Part shown: piece after piece, positions 28,950 to 41,298 of the stretch
How the letters are laid out: each line of letters starts with the position of its first letter
How positions within the stretch are numbered: position 1 is the first letter of the stretch
Source of the DNA: Octopus vulgaris
Taxonomy: Eukaryota
DNA length: 64,000 nt
Direction: 5' to 3'
Assembly: GCA_951406725.2 (NCBI GenBank)
Contig: OX597814.1
Span: forward strand, 59,210,001-59,274,000
Program-made: the position numbers and the translations under genes
Notes under the pieces: model-generated
The model's database searches: none
Told to the model about the DNA's origin: nothing
What the model saw: the letters and a program-made list of their open reading frames with translations, nothing else

Positions 28950-29151
28950 TGCTCGTTTTTCTTAACTTGACATTCCATTTTAATGATCTGAAAATAAACA
29001 AAATTAACTAAAATTAACTAGAAAAAAACGTAAAAAGTTTCCAAAATCATTCAAAAATATAATTCTGGAAAAAAATAAATTCCAAAATTTAAAAACGCAA
29101 TAAATTCCAAAATTTAAAAAAATGTCGGGAACTTAGTTGCCAACCCAATAT
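28950..29151 (-). mobile_element. Mariner 5' fragment (TIR, UTR, first codons)
   Basis: Ends aacttagttgccaacccaaTA; encodes MECQVKKNEHF on the minus strand; same family as 45104-45340. Confidence 0.7.
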
Positions 29152-29479
29152 ATTCACAAAACTATAACGAGCCTCGTTATAGGACTGTTGTTATCGTTTT
29201 TTCCTTCTCTTTTAACTCTCTTACTTTCTCTTTTTCCTTCTCTTTCGCAAGTATGGTGATGTGTATAGAGTGTGCTTCAAATTTAGTGTACACATTTTTA
29301 ATTTACCAATCCCGAAATAACAAAGTTCATAGTATCAACCAAAAATAAAAGAAAAGTAGTTGATGAAAGTAATTATATCTACGATTTTCATTCAAGCAAT
29401 ACAAAACTACGAAAAGCATACTGAAGATGTGAGAAAAGAAGAGCACCTTCAACCAGTTGATGTAGAAAAGCAGTTGCAG

Positions 29480-30687
29480 AAAAAAGCATGAATGGGGTGG
29501 AAAACATAGCAGCAAATTCGCGTAGCATAATAGCGGCGAGATTTATGCAGCTAACAGAAAATACTTGCGCTCAGCTTCCTCCTTTGCCTGTACTTTCAAG
29601 GACTATTCAAAGGTGACGACAAAAACAATTCAGGATGTCCTGCTAATCCAGGGGCTTGAACCGGTTTTGAAATACGTGAAGTACACTGTAAACTTCATAA
29701 TGCCGAGCAGTTTCTGAGATACAATTCGGGTATCGAGGATCAACAGCGCATACTAGTATTTGCATCAGAAAGTGCTCTTTAGAGTATAGCCTCATATCGT
29801 CATTGGTCATGGGATGGAACGTTCAAAATTGTTCCAGAACAGTGGCTTCAATTCTTTAGCATTCATATGCAGGTTAAAGATAACAGTTTTCCACGGGTCT
29901 TTGCACAAAGCTGACATACAAATTATTTTTCGCATTTAATTCATCATTCCCTAATTCATCTATCGTGGTGTGTTTGTTTCAATCAGTATTTCGACAAATT
30001 ACAGATCTAGGCCTTCAAGAAAATAGAAGACCCTGAATTCTGTCTTAGAATTTGACTTTCTACCCGTTGAAGATGTCGAAGAGTACTATGAAGAAATACC
30101 TGCTGAATTCATCAGTTACTTCGACTTGACTTACACAGGTGTTGTGAGAAGACGTGGTGCTAGACGAATGAGAGTACCACCAACATTCCTGATAGCTGTA
30201 TGGCATGTTAATCAGCGTATTCTTCAAGATATTTTTTTTAATGATGCTGCGGAAGGATTTCATTCTGCGATAAAGCTTTCGGCGAGTGGAACACATTTGA
30301 ATATTTAGAAATTAATCAAAACTCTGAAGGAAGAGGAAGGGTTCATTCAAGGTAAGATGACTTGAAAGATAGGTCATTGAATATGGTTCAACAAGAAAAA
30401 TAGATTTTTTGAAGAGTGTGGCATATAATTTGCATCAATTTTGAGTGATCATAATCAATCATTAGTTATATCCAATTACTTTTTTAAAATGACATTTTTT
30501 AAAAATAAATTTCCCACAATATTTTACTTGAATCCTATTAATAAAATTCTCAGTGATTATGTGAGTTTGATGCGGTTCAAATTGTTTTCTGAAAAGTTTA
30601 TTTAAAATTGGACAAAAAGTCGTTGAACGAAAAGACGTGGACGAAGTGACGTTGGACAAATGAAATCGGACGAAAAGTCGGGTCACG
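29480..30687 (+). mobile_element. MULE (Mutator-like) transposase remnant and 3' terminal repeat
   Basis: FLRY.SG.EDQQRILVFASE...HWSWDGTFKIVP..W.Q.FSIH, then YFDLTYTG...PPTF...W.V...AAEGFHS; five ~15-bp ggacgaaaagtcg-like units at 30608-30680. Confidence 0.8.
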
Positions 30688-33643
30688 CACATACATATAC
30701 AGTAGTTCCTCGCCACATTACGGTTTATTTATCGCAGCTCATCTATCGCCGTTTATTATTTAAGCTTACGTCGATTTCCTCTGTGGTGCTATTTTGTATT
30801 TATAATTTAAAGAAGTATATAAAGATTATCGCGTTCAGATTTCTAACGTAACGACCGCGATTGCCGAGGGATTACTGTATATAGAAATATATTATAAATA
30901 TAGATATATACATGCACGAATTTATGTATGGGCGTCTGTGTCTATTTTTCCACTTTTCATATTGAATAGCCAGTAATACCAGTTTGCATCTTGTTATCAC
31001 ACGAAAGTCATATAATTTCTCACACTGATGTCTCGAAGTTAATTCATGCAAATATTTAAAGTGCCTTGTCGCAGAATGATAAAGTAAAATATCGTTTGTA
31101 TAAATCAATACACTCTGTTTGTTTTCTTCTCTTCCATATTTATATTACAAATGCGTTTTTGCTCAAAGTTGTTACAAGAGCCCATGCAATGATAGCTATT
31201 GAAATGTGCGGATCCATTTTGAATATTATCTACACAATACCACTTTATAATACAATGCTGGATTCATTCTGCATATACCTCGAAAATGTACATTCGTATA
31301 TTATCCTTGATATCAAAGATTAGATACACGGAAGATCAAAGTGCATTAGATGCTCGTTCATATCCTAACCAATAGAAAACCACTCCGTAAATCATGAACG
31401 TTAACCTATGTTATTTAAGGTTGCTAAAATTAAATTTGCTGTGCCGACTGTGATGTGGAGGAAATTAGCAGATATGGCTAATTCAATAATGTAATAATTC
31501 ATTATATGTTCGAAAATGTCGCACGTATATAAAATTCTTAATGACTTTAATTATTACCCTTGTATGAGTCAAATATCTGCTACATGTTTTGAGTTAAAGT
31601 TTTTGGTTACCACTACTCATGCAAGCCCTAACCGAGTTAAACCATTGATGGAAAACGTTCAACCTTTAACAATTCACTCTTGTTCCTATGTACACTTCAC
31701 CTTGTCCCGTATATCTAATGTTTTATTTTCTTAGATAATTGGATGCATTTATTGGTGAAATTTGGTATATTATATACATCAGATTCAATTGTCATCAATT
31801 GTTGCCTTGGAAATTCATTTATAATCGCTTTGAAATTGAAATCTTAACAAGAAAACTATTTTTGCAGAAATGTGAGATAGCAATGTTTACTGCACAAATA
31901 GAAACGGTGATATTTCTAATCTCTTACACGGAGCCTGCACTACAGCCTGATGCCCTTTGTCAGGGTTTCCCTGTCGTGTATGTAAACGGAGTAAGACTAA
32001 CATCGTAAGCTGTTACAAGCTGACAGGTTTTTCTTCCCCCATACTGCAAGTCCACACAAAACACAATTTAAATATATTTCTTTCACACACAAAAATCATA
32101 CAAATAAATTTCAAACAATAAAAAAAAATGCAACAGAAGTTTAAAAATTACAACGTATTTATGAAAATAATTAATTTTTATCAAAAGTCACGACATTAGT
32201 CTAGCAGTACCTCTAGAAATATTCTTCCTGCGAGAAAGCTGTATTGCTACTATTTCAAGTAATAACCAAATCAGATCAGAAAGAAACAATTACAACACGA
32301 GTACAGATTTATGTTTGTTATAAGGCTATTTATGATTCAGTGCACACAACATACCTTGTTAGTCATATATGAAGACAGCAAGAAGACTTATCACACAATA
32401 TCATCGAACTTGGACTCATTTTAAAATTAAGCCATCAACCACAACACGTGCACGCATACAGCTTCAAACTACTGACAACAGCTCTTTATTTGACTACGAT
32501 TTCTCTTCTGTTGACGAATAATACACTAGATATCCTCGGGGTAACTAACTACTGTTACAATAGGCTCGCACATTACTCAAGAAATTTTTTTAAATACATT
32601 TTGTTACGAAGTAAAGAAAAGAAAAACCAGCTTGGAGCTGTTTCAGTGAAGAAATTCAAGATTTTCAAAATTAAACACCACCGTTGAAAACATACTTATC
32701 GTAGAGGATACATTTAACGAAATAATCTTAGAATCCAAAATACTGCAAATGAGCTATCGACAACCTCATAATAATTAAATGTAACCTTAATCACAATATC
32801 CACAGCTACGCACAGTTGGAATAAAATTAACATAAAACAACTAAAGATAGGACAAAGTCCTTAGAACGTAGGAGTCTTCTAAGCATCTGCGTCTGATATA
32901 AACTATAAAATTAACAGTAAAATTCTACAGAATAATTAGCAGTGACAATAACCGTGGTCACAGCAGGCCACAAATCACAATGTTCGCCTCAAATAATTTA
33001 TATAAACTACTGTACGAAAACATATTCTAACTTTTCCGACATTCCCCTCAAAATGGGACTCCAATAACCGGCGGTGACTTGGTGAGCGAATTTTCTGTGA
33101 CGGTCGAAAATCAACAGTAAGATGGGCTGCTACGGATCTTTCGATTCCAACGCGCCATGAAAGGTGAAAAGACAAGTGCTCTAAGATTAACATTAAAAAG
33201 AAAAATAATACAGAACAACAAGCGTCATGACAGAAATTGTGAACATCTTTTTCTTTCTCTCTTCTTTTTTCTCTCTCTTCTCCACTTGTTTCAAATGAAA
33301 GCTCAATATGATTGAACTTTCAATAATGTGCATTTATTATGATCTTGGCAGAACTTTTACATTGACATTGGTATCGATCCCACTAAAACTCGTTGAAATT
33401 TCTGTGGACATTTGAACACCTGGTAGGTTAAACATCCCTGTCCACTTTTTAACTTGTACCTTTAAACTCGCATAACCGCTCTCCCACATTTTACATATAT
33501 TTGTAGCATCGATAAGCAAGAAATTATCGAAACTTGCTTGATATGTAAATAATTCCATTTAAAAACGACTTCACGGTTGTGAAATTAAAGTGCATTTTCA
33601 AACCCCAAAACAAATTCTCACACACATAGACACACACACGTGC

Positions 33644-33680
<37 letters not shown>

Positions 33681-33683
<3 letters not shown>

Positions 33684-33867
33684 TTGGCGATTTTTTCCCT
33701 TCGTCTTCTCTTCCTTGGTTCTTTTCTTTTCCTATGTTTCTGACGAAGAGCTCGCTCGAAACGTTACACCCTCCTTCTTTCTTTCCTTTCCTGAGCGTCC
33801 AACAACACTATGCTTGTTCCACGTCCTCGAGTTGTTGTGTTTTCTCTTTGTGTTTTCATGTTTGGAT

Positions 33868-33871
<4 letters not shown>
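33681..33871 (+). mobile_element. ~190-bp non-autonomous Penelope-like terminal-repeat element with minimal hammerhead motif, inside (TA)n
   Basis: CTGACGA-A-GAGC-tc-GCTC-GAAACGTTA at 33740-33766; (TA)n on both sides. Confidence 0.75.
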
Positions 33872-33915
<44 letters not shown>

Positions 33916-34389
33916 TACATGCACTTATGCGTGTACATACATATTGAAACGCATACACTGACACACATGTGCGCGTGCAGACACACACGCTCATGCTGAT
34001 TTATCTATGAAATATTTACTTTATTATAGTACCGGCAGCTATTAATGTCTCCCAACCAACGCATTGGCTATATTGTTTTCGACAGTTTCAATATATTGCA
34101 CGATACACAGTTAAAATCTCTTTAGTCTCAAATCGACTATTAATACTTAAACCAATTTACATTTTGAATGAAGCAATATTTTTATAGGATATTTAACGAA
34201 TAAAGCACAGAACGAATGGTCTTTTATTATTGCGAATGCCTTGAGAGTTTGAAGCAGTAAAACTGTAGACTCAGTGGATTGAGACTTAGTATGGTAAGTA
34301 AAGTTTTATTCGATTATTGCAGTAGTGCGCAGAGTTTGTATATAATAGTTCAATGAGAAATCACCTTTAAAGCTGTACTTATATCGGTG

Positions 34390-34765
34390 ATCGTGGCACT
34401 CCATCGGTTACTACGATAAGGGAACCAGTTGATCCGATCAACGGAAGAGCCTGCTCGTGAAATTAACGTGCAAGTGGCTGAACACTCCTCAAGCACATGT
34501 AACCTTAACATAATTCTCGAAGGAGATTCAGCGTGACGGAGAGTGTGACAAGGCTGGCTCTTTGAAATACAGGTAAAACAGAAACAGGAATGAAATAATG
34601 AGTGAGAGAAAATTGTGGTGAAAGAGTATAGCAGGGTTCGCCACTCACCCCTTGACCTTTAGGTGTTTTCGCTCAATAAACACTCACAGCGCCAGGTCTG
34701 GGAATCGAAACCGCGATACTACGACCTCGAGCCTGCTGCCGTAACCACTGGCCCATTGCACCACT
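34390..34765 (-). mobile_element. tRNA-derived SINE with family-B head and a different (CephSINE-like) body and tail
   Basis: Head matches 916-1022; tail cacttgcacgttaatttcacgagcaggct.ttccgttgatcggatcaactgg...gatggagtgccac resembles cephalopod SINE bodies (from memory). Confidence 0.75.
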
Positions 34766-34814
34766 ACGATGTCGCTGATAGTGTGATACAAGCAAGAATG
34801 TTATTATTATTATT

Positions 34815-35350
34815 GAGTGAGAGAGCAGTGCAAGCCATCAAAGTGACGCTAGGGTAAAATATACGAATCCCAGTATACCCATCATGACTACCCATCTGAT
34901 AAGGGTACACCAGGCACATGCATCACAACCATATGTGCGCGACATGGTGATCTCATATCAAGATAAACAGCCCAGTTAGAATTTTCTTCTCCTCGAGTAG
35001 CCTATCCAGCTCAAGAGGTCCCTGAATAAGGATTGTTTAAGGATGTTGAACGAACCAGCTTTTTTTCTAAAGGTAAATTATCCAAACCTCCAAGAATTCC
35101 TTTCAACACACGGCTATGATGCTCCCCCCCCCCACTAATTCTGCTCATGATCAGAGATGCACATATCCTCAGCCCCTAAGAAACATGGTCAACCGGTTAA
35201 GGTCAAACAACTGACAAGCAAATCTGTGGTATTGAGCAAAATATCTGCTGTAGCCCATCTTTTATACGAAGACAAAACAATGTACATGATAACACTTCCA
35301 ATCAGTTAAGATCAGAAGCCATGAGCACCACTGTCTGGTACTGCATCAGG
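34815..35350 (-). mobile_element. ~540-bp non-coding interspersed element flanked by (TAA)n (copy 1)
   Basis: Collinear reverse complement of 45721-46263 apart from a ~25-bp deletion; ends ctctctcactc-(AAT)n. Confidence 0.85.
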
Positions 35351-35351
35351 A

Positions 35352-35406
<55 letters not shown>

Positions 35407-35407
35407 G

Positions 35408-35448
<41 letters not shown>

Positions 35449-35451
<3 letters not shown>

Positions 35452-37532
35452 TAGTTTTATTTTTATTTTTATAGCGTGCTTTCACTTCACTACCGAGCGC
35501 AGCTCTGTGTGCCTTGGGTATGTGCTGTGATTTGTTGTGATGCTCTGATGGTTATTGTATGGAAAGTGTTCTGCGTAGGATGTGGGCAGTGCCTAGTAGT
35601 GCAATTTTCTGTATGTTATATGTGTTTGTAAGTCCTGGTGTTTTTGTTATGTATTTGTCTGAATATTTTTTTATCATGCCTAATGCACCTACTATGATAG
35701 GAATTGTTTCTGTTTTCAGATTCCACATTCTAGTTACCTCTATTTCCAGGTCTTTGTATTTTGAGAGTTTCTCCATTTCTTTTAGAGACACGTTGTCATC
35801 TGCCGGTATTGATACATCAATTAAAAAGCATTTTTTTTCTTCATGATCTCTGACAACTATATCTGGTCTGTTGGCCTTAATTTCTCTATCTGTGTGTATC
35901 GGCATATCCCAGAGTATGGTTGCTTTCTCGTTTTCTGTGACCTTTTCTGGTGTGTGCCTATACCATCTTTTTTCTGTTGTTATTCCATAATGTTGGCATA
36001 GCTTCCAATGTATGTAGGTTCCAACTCTGTCATGTCTGTGAATATATTCCTTCTTAGCCAGGACTGGGCAGCTAGAGATAATATGATTTATTGTTTCTTG
36101 TCCATCTCCACATATTCTGCAGTTACTTGTAATATTTCTTTTCATTACATGTTTTTGGTAATTTCTGGTGGGGAGGCTTTGGTCTTGTGCTGCAATTAAA
36201 AATCCCTCTGTTTCTGCTTTGAGTCCTGAGCTTCTCAACCATTGCTGGGATTTTTCTTTGTCTATTTCTTTTTGCGTTTAGTTTAGTGCAGTATTTACCA
36301 TGAAGGGGCTTTTCTTGCCATCGTTTTATCATGGTTCGTTGCTGTTCTGTTTTTAGTTTGGATTTCATTTGTTTTATAGCTTTTGTTGTTTCTTCATCTT
36401 CTTCTTCTTCTTCATGTTTATTAGGTGGTATGATTTCTTGTTTGTATTTGTCAGCTTCCTTAAATACTGAGAACAGTTTTTTGTTTTGCTCGTGTTTTGC
36501 CGCTATCTGGATCAGTTTTCCTTCCTTCTGAAGTAGATATTTTTGCAGTCCTATGGTGGTTATTTTATAGTAGTTTTCCAGCTGTATAAGGCCTCTACCA
36601 CCTTCCATACGTTGTATATATAGTCTTTCTATGTCAGATTTTGGGTGATGCATCCTAGATCCTGTCATTATTTTTCTTGTTTTCCTATCTATTTTGGTCA
36701 GTTCATTTCGTGTCCAGTTAAGGATATTGTAGCTGTAACTTATAACTGGGACAGCTAAAGTGTTGATACCTATTATCTTGTTTTTAGCATTGAGCTCTGT
36801 GTTTAGTATTGATCTAACTCGTCTATAATATTCTTTTTTTATTTTCTCTTTCATTTGTGTGTGTTGTGTCTTATCTAGTTCATGGATTCCTAAGTATTTG
36901 TAAGTTTGGCTTTGGTCTAATTCTTTTATTTCATTGGTTTTATCTAGTGTGATGTTGTTACTTTTAACTAGTTTTCCTCTTTTCATGGTTACTTTGGCGC
37001 ATTTTTCTAATCCAAATTTCATATTTATTTCTTTGGTAAATCCATGAACTGTCTTTAATAGTGTTTCCAGCTGTTTGTCATTTGCAGCGTATAGTTTTAG
37101 GTCATCCATATATAAAAGGTGGCTGATCGTTTTGCCGTAACATTTATATCCGCATCCAGTTCTATTTAGCATATCAGATAGAGGTGACAGTGCCAAGCAG
37201 AAAAGGAGTGGAGAGAGCGTGTCTCCCTGGAATATTCCTCTTCTAATGGGGATGTCTTTGGTTTTCATGAGTCCCTCTTTTGTTTGGAGGTGTAGGACTG
37301 TTTGCCATTTATTCATAGAGTGCTCTATGAATTTTATGATTGTTGGTGCTACTTTGTTAATGGCTAGTGTTTCGAGGATCCATGTGTGGGGGATGCTATC
37401 AAACGCCTTTTTGTAGTCAATCCAGGCCATACTGAGGCCTTTCTTCTTTCTGTGGCTGTCTTCAGTTATGGCTTTATTAATCATTAGTTGATCTTTACAG
37501 CCATATGAGCCTTTGCGGCATCCTTTCTGCTC
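35449..37532 (-). mobile_element. 5'-truncated R4/Dong-clade non-LTR retrotransposon inserted in (TAA)n
   Basis: (ATT)n arrays on both flanks (35352-35448, 37533-37602); short 3' UTR after the ORF; begins mid-RT at EQKGCRKGSYGCKDQL. Confidence 0.95.
35552..37532 (-). pseudogene. Reverse transcriptase, CCHC knuckle and restriction-like endonuclease polyprotein with one frameshift
   Basis: WIDYKKAFDS, RGIFQGDTLSPLLF, HLLYMDDLKL, YKYLGI, CRIC..ETINHIISSC, RHD, RPDIV..IDVSIP..KLSKY; extra A in the 5-T run at 36269-36273 splits ORFs 36123-37484 and 35552-36238. Confidence 0.95.
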
Positions 37533-37588
<56 letters not shown>

Positions 37589-38206
37589 ATTAATATTATT
37601 ATTGAACCCTACCTAAATCTTCAGTGTTGGATTTGTGAATAGCTAAAGAACAAATATGGTTTTATGAATCAGTATCGTAGTATAATGGAGTAGTATGATA
37701 AATGAATGCAGTATTCAGATTTCCTTTAATGATATGCGTAAGTTTGGGATGTTAAAGAGTAACAAATATACAATTTTACAAATCTGAATAGTACAGTTGT
37801 ATTGTGTTAGTGTATCTTGCATATTCACATGGTTTCAATGCTTTTGAATTGTTATCATTTTCCCCATTTCCAATTTGTGGAAATGCAAGTTTTGGTCAAG
37901 TAATTGAAAATATCATTCAGGTCTTCAGGCTTTTGGTTGCATATTTGTGACAGTGTCTATCCCAAGTTTATTTCTAAGCATAGTGTATTCACATTGAGGG
38001 AAACGTTGGCATTCTCAGAATATGTGTTTTGTACTGCAGTTTATATAAATAATTTGAAATTATATTGTGATTTGGGGTCTGACCATTGTTATTGCGTAAT
38101 TTAGAGGAAACAAAAGCTAAGGGGTGTTTTACTCCCAATGGTCTTCCAGCACACTGCACACTATCTCGGACCTTCTGAAGGCCCGTGCTATTGTCAGGTA
38201 GTCGGT

Positions 38207-38239
38207 GTAGTAGTAGTAGTAGTAGTAGTAGTAGAAGTG

Positions 38240-38306
<67 letters not shown>

Positions 38307-38345
38307 TAGTAGTAGTAGTAGTAGTAGCAGCAGCAGCAGCAGCAA
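38207..38345. repeat. (TAG)n/(CAG)n microsatellite
   Basis: Directly visible. Confidence 0.98.
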
Positions 38346-39700
38346 CATCAGTAATATTATTGTTGTTGTTAAGGTTCAAATATCTGTACCAAAACACAAA
38401 ATTTTAAAATATGGTCATTTTAACAATACTTTTGAAGTTTGAATGAATGCTTAACCTTCTCCTTCAAATTACCTTGATTTTTATACGTACTCACACGAGC
38501 TGACATATATGTAACGGTGTATGTATCTGCATGTAATTGTGCATACGAACGTTTTATATTCTGTTTCAGACGCATATCTTGATCTATTATTTGTCTGCAT
38601 GATCAAATTGCCGGCCAGCGACAAACCTTCCCGCTACATTGTATTTCCATATTTCTTTCGATATTTCTACCATTCGGCCTCCTTTTTACTTTATATGTAT
38701 ATTTTTATTTTTCAGCTTTCTACCATATTCCTCTCTTCTCTCCTCGTCTTTTTTATATCTCGGTTTTTCTGTATTCCTTCTATTTAATTGCAACACTCCT
38801 ACATTCAGGCTTCCTTATGTCTGTTCTGCTTATATGTATGCGTTTGTGGACATGTGGAGATTTCTTTGTGAGTATATGTGATTTATATATAGTTATTGCA
38901 CTGTGTATCTGTGCTTGTATTCACTGTGTATCTGTGAATTTAAGCTGTATATTTTAACGCGAGCTGCCTAAATAAATAATTACTATGTACTATGTAAAAT
39001 CTGCAACGATTTTAGGCAATTAAATCCAAGTATAGTGCAGATGCAAGGGCAGGGATACACACACACAAAGACGGAAACACGCACGCACACACACATATGG
39101 TTTTACAAGCCATGAGAACATATAAGTCGTGAACTGGCTAGATGATTTACCTGCAACACGGATGGGTGCGTGATGTTCACCAGCAAAAAAAATGGCAAAC
39201 CATCGAAATTCATCGCTCCCAAATGGGACTGAGGGTAAGTTACCTCAACTGTCCATGACTCTTAAGTGTTTTAAAACCAGCGCTTTAAGAGTGTATATAC
39301 TCCGCCGCACTATTGCAGCCTCCATAAGATACACCAAACATACATTAATGTACGTAGTTCGTAACATTTATTGTACTAGTTCTGTTTTTAATTCATATGT
39401 ACATTTTCTCTTAGGTAAGTAATTTCCAGGCACGCCAGTACATAGTTTTAAAAGCTATGAGCATAAAAGTCGTCCATTGGGTAGGTTACTTGTATTGAAC
39501 CCTGGCGGGTACGGGAGATTGAGTGGCTATAGAATTAGAGTAACATGGATTTCCATCACTCCAAAGTAGGATTGAGAGTGAGTTATCTCACTTATCCATG
39601 ACTCTGAGGTGCTTTATCATCTGACGATTTGAGAGTTTATGTACTCTGCTATGCTAATAAAGCCAGCGGGAAGCTCACGAAGAATATATATTAAGTCTAT

Positions 39701-39758
<58 letters not shown>

Positions 39759-39811
39759 TGATAATATTAAGGATGATGATGATGATAATGATATTGATAA
39801 AAATAATAATG

Positions 39812-39849
<38 letters not shown>

Positions 39850-39853
<4 letters not shown>

Positions 39854-40145
39854 TGATGAAATCTCCCGTCGCATATGTTGTATAGACGCTCCGTGTTTTC
39901 CGAATGACCTTCCCAAAAGATTTCTTTGTAGTAATCGAGTGAATGTGCTGTACATCACCTCACTGCCTCTATGAAATCGACGTGGCGTGAACAGGTGAAC
40001 GGAGTACCACACGTCACATGTCGAAGTGATCGCTAAGCAATTTGAGATGGAGTGCTTTGCTAAGAACTCAACTAAACACCCGCTGTAGGATTTGAAACCA
40101 TGATCTTGCGATGCTGAGTGCAACACCCTATTAGTAACTCGCACG
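39850..40145 (-). mobile_element. Diverged tRNA-derived SINE (further family)
   Basis: Minus-strand head ...gtgttgcactcagcatcgcaagatcatGGTTTCAAATCC..., then gttcttagcaaagcact (CORE-like); ~300 bp, abuts (TA)n. Confidence 0.5.
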
Positions 40146-40453
40146 TGTTTACTGTGTACATTATATAGCCTTTATCCCCCACTTGATGGAGTGCATTGTT
40201 ATTGATTCCACTTCCATAAAAAGTAAATTGTAAATAAATAAATAAAATATATATACATATACTAATGAACGTATGCTTATGTGTATGCGCTATAACAACT
40301 TCTTTATTTGGGAAGAAAACCCGTAAACGATATTAATAAATACTCAGTTGATGTTTGATAATAGATAGAAAGAGATACTTTTTTAAAAAAATTAAATGAT
40401 AGTAATATATGGTATGCTATGGTATGATGCAGTATCTGAATATATGCATGTAT

Positions 40454-40497
<44 letters not shown>

Positions 40498-40527
40498 ATA
40501 TATATATATATACATACATGCATATAT

Positions 40528-40566
<39 letters not shown>

Positions 40567-41087
40567 CATACACACACATATGTATACATACATATATACA
40601 TAGTATAAATATGCATATGCATACATACACAGACACGGTGCACCTATATAGATTCATACTCATACATACTTATTCATATATACTGCATAACAGAATGTAA
40701 ACATTTTGCTTCTCTAGAGAACAAATTAAGATTATTCTCGTTTCTCAAATACAATCGAAAATGAAACTGAACATTTTAAAAATATTCCCTGGATGATTCA
40801 TTTGAGACACGTGGGCTTAATGCTCTGCACTATTTGTCATGATACATGGGAACATGCCTCTCAGTGAAACAATCCCAAAACAAACCTTAATGAATCACAC
40901 ACTCATCTATACTAATGTGCAGAACAACTGTAATTTCACAGACGTTTCTGCATTCGTACATACAAACGAATTCACATATTCACAAATTGCAGAAGTTATC
41001 TTTATCTAAAAAATATATATATAACGATCATAGTTTGTACCCGTGTTTGTGAATGTGTAAAAACAGATATGTACAATATATATATAT

Positions 41088-41298
41088 AGGGAGAATTCAC
41101 GGAAAAACAAAGACGAACACAGGTGGTGTCAAAAACAAATAAATGTATTAGTATAACGCTCGGGAATTGAAAAAAAGTATTTAACGTTTCGAGCCTATGC
41201 TCTTCCACAGAAAGGAACACAGAAACAAACAAGGAGAGAAAAAACAAGGAGAGACAAAAAGGAGAGAAAAATATGTGTTGTGGCTACCGATCTATCAT
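41088..41298 (-). mobile_element. ~210-bp Penelope-like terminal-repeat element with minimal hammerhead variant
   Basis: Minus strand ttt-CTGTGGA-A-GAGC-atag-GCTC-GAAACGTTA-aat (41178-41213); downstream cccgagcgtt parallels cctgagcgtc of the 33681 element; ends in (TA)n. Confidence 0.7.

Noticed and set aside
30608-30680. Regularly spaced ~15-bp repeats suggesting a CRISPR-like array
   Set aside because: Tandem units with no unique spacers, eukaryotic context, adjacent to a MULE transposase.
33337-33558. 73-aa minus-strand ORF (MELFTYQASF...)
   Set aside because: No recognisable domain and no convincing splice sites; length within chance expectation.
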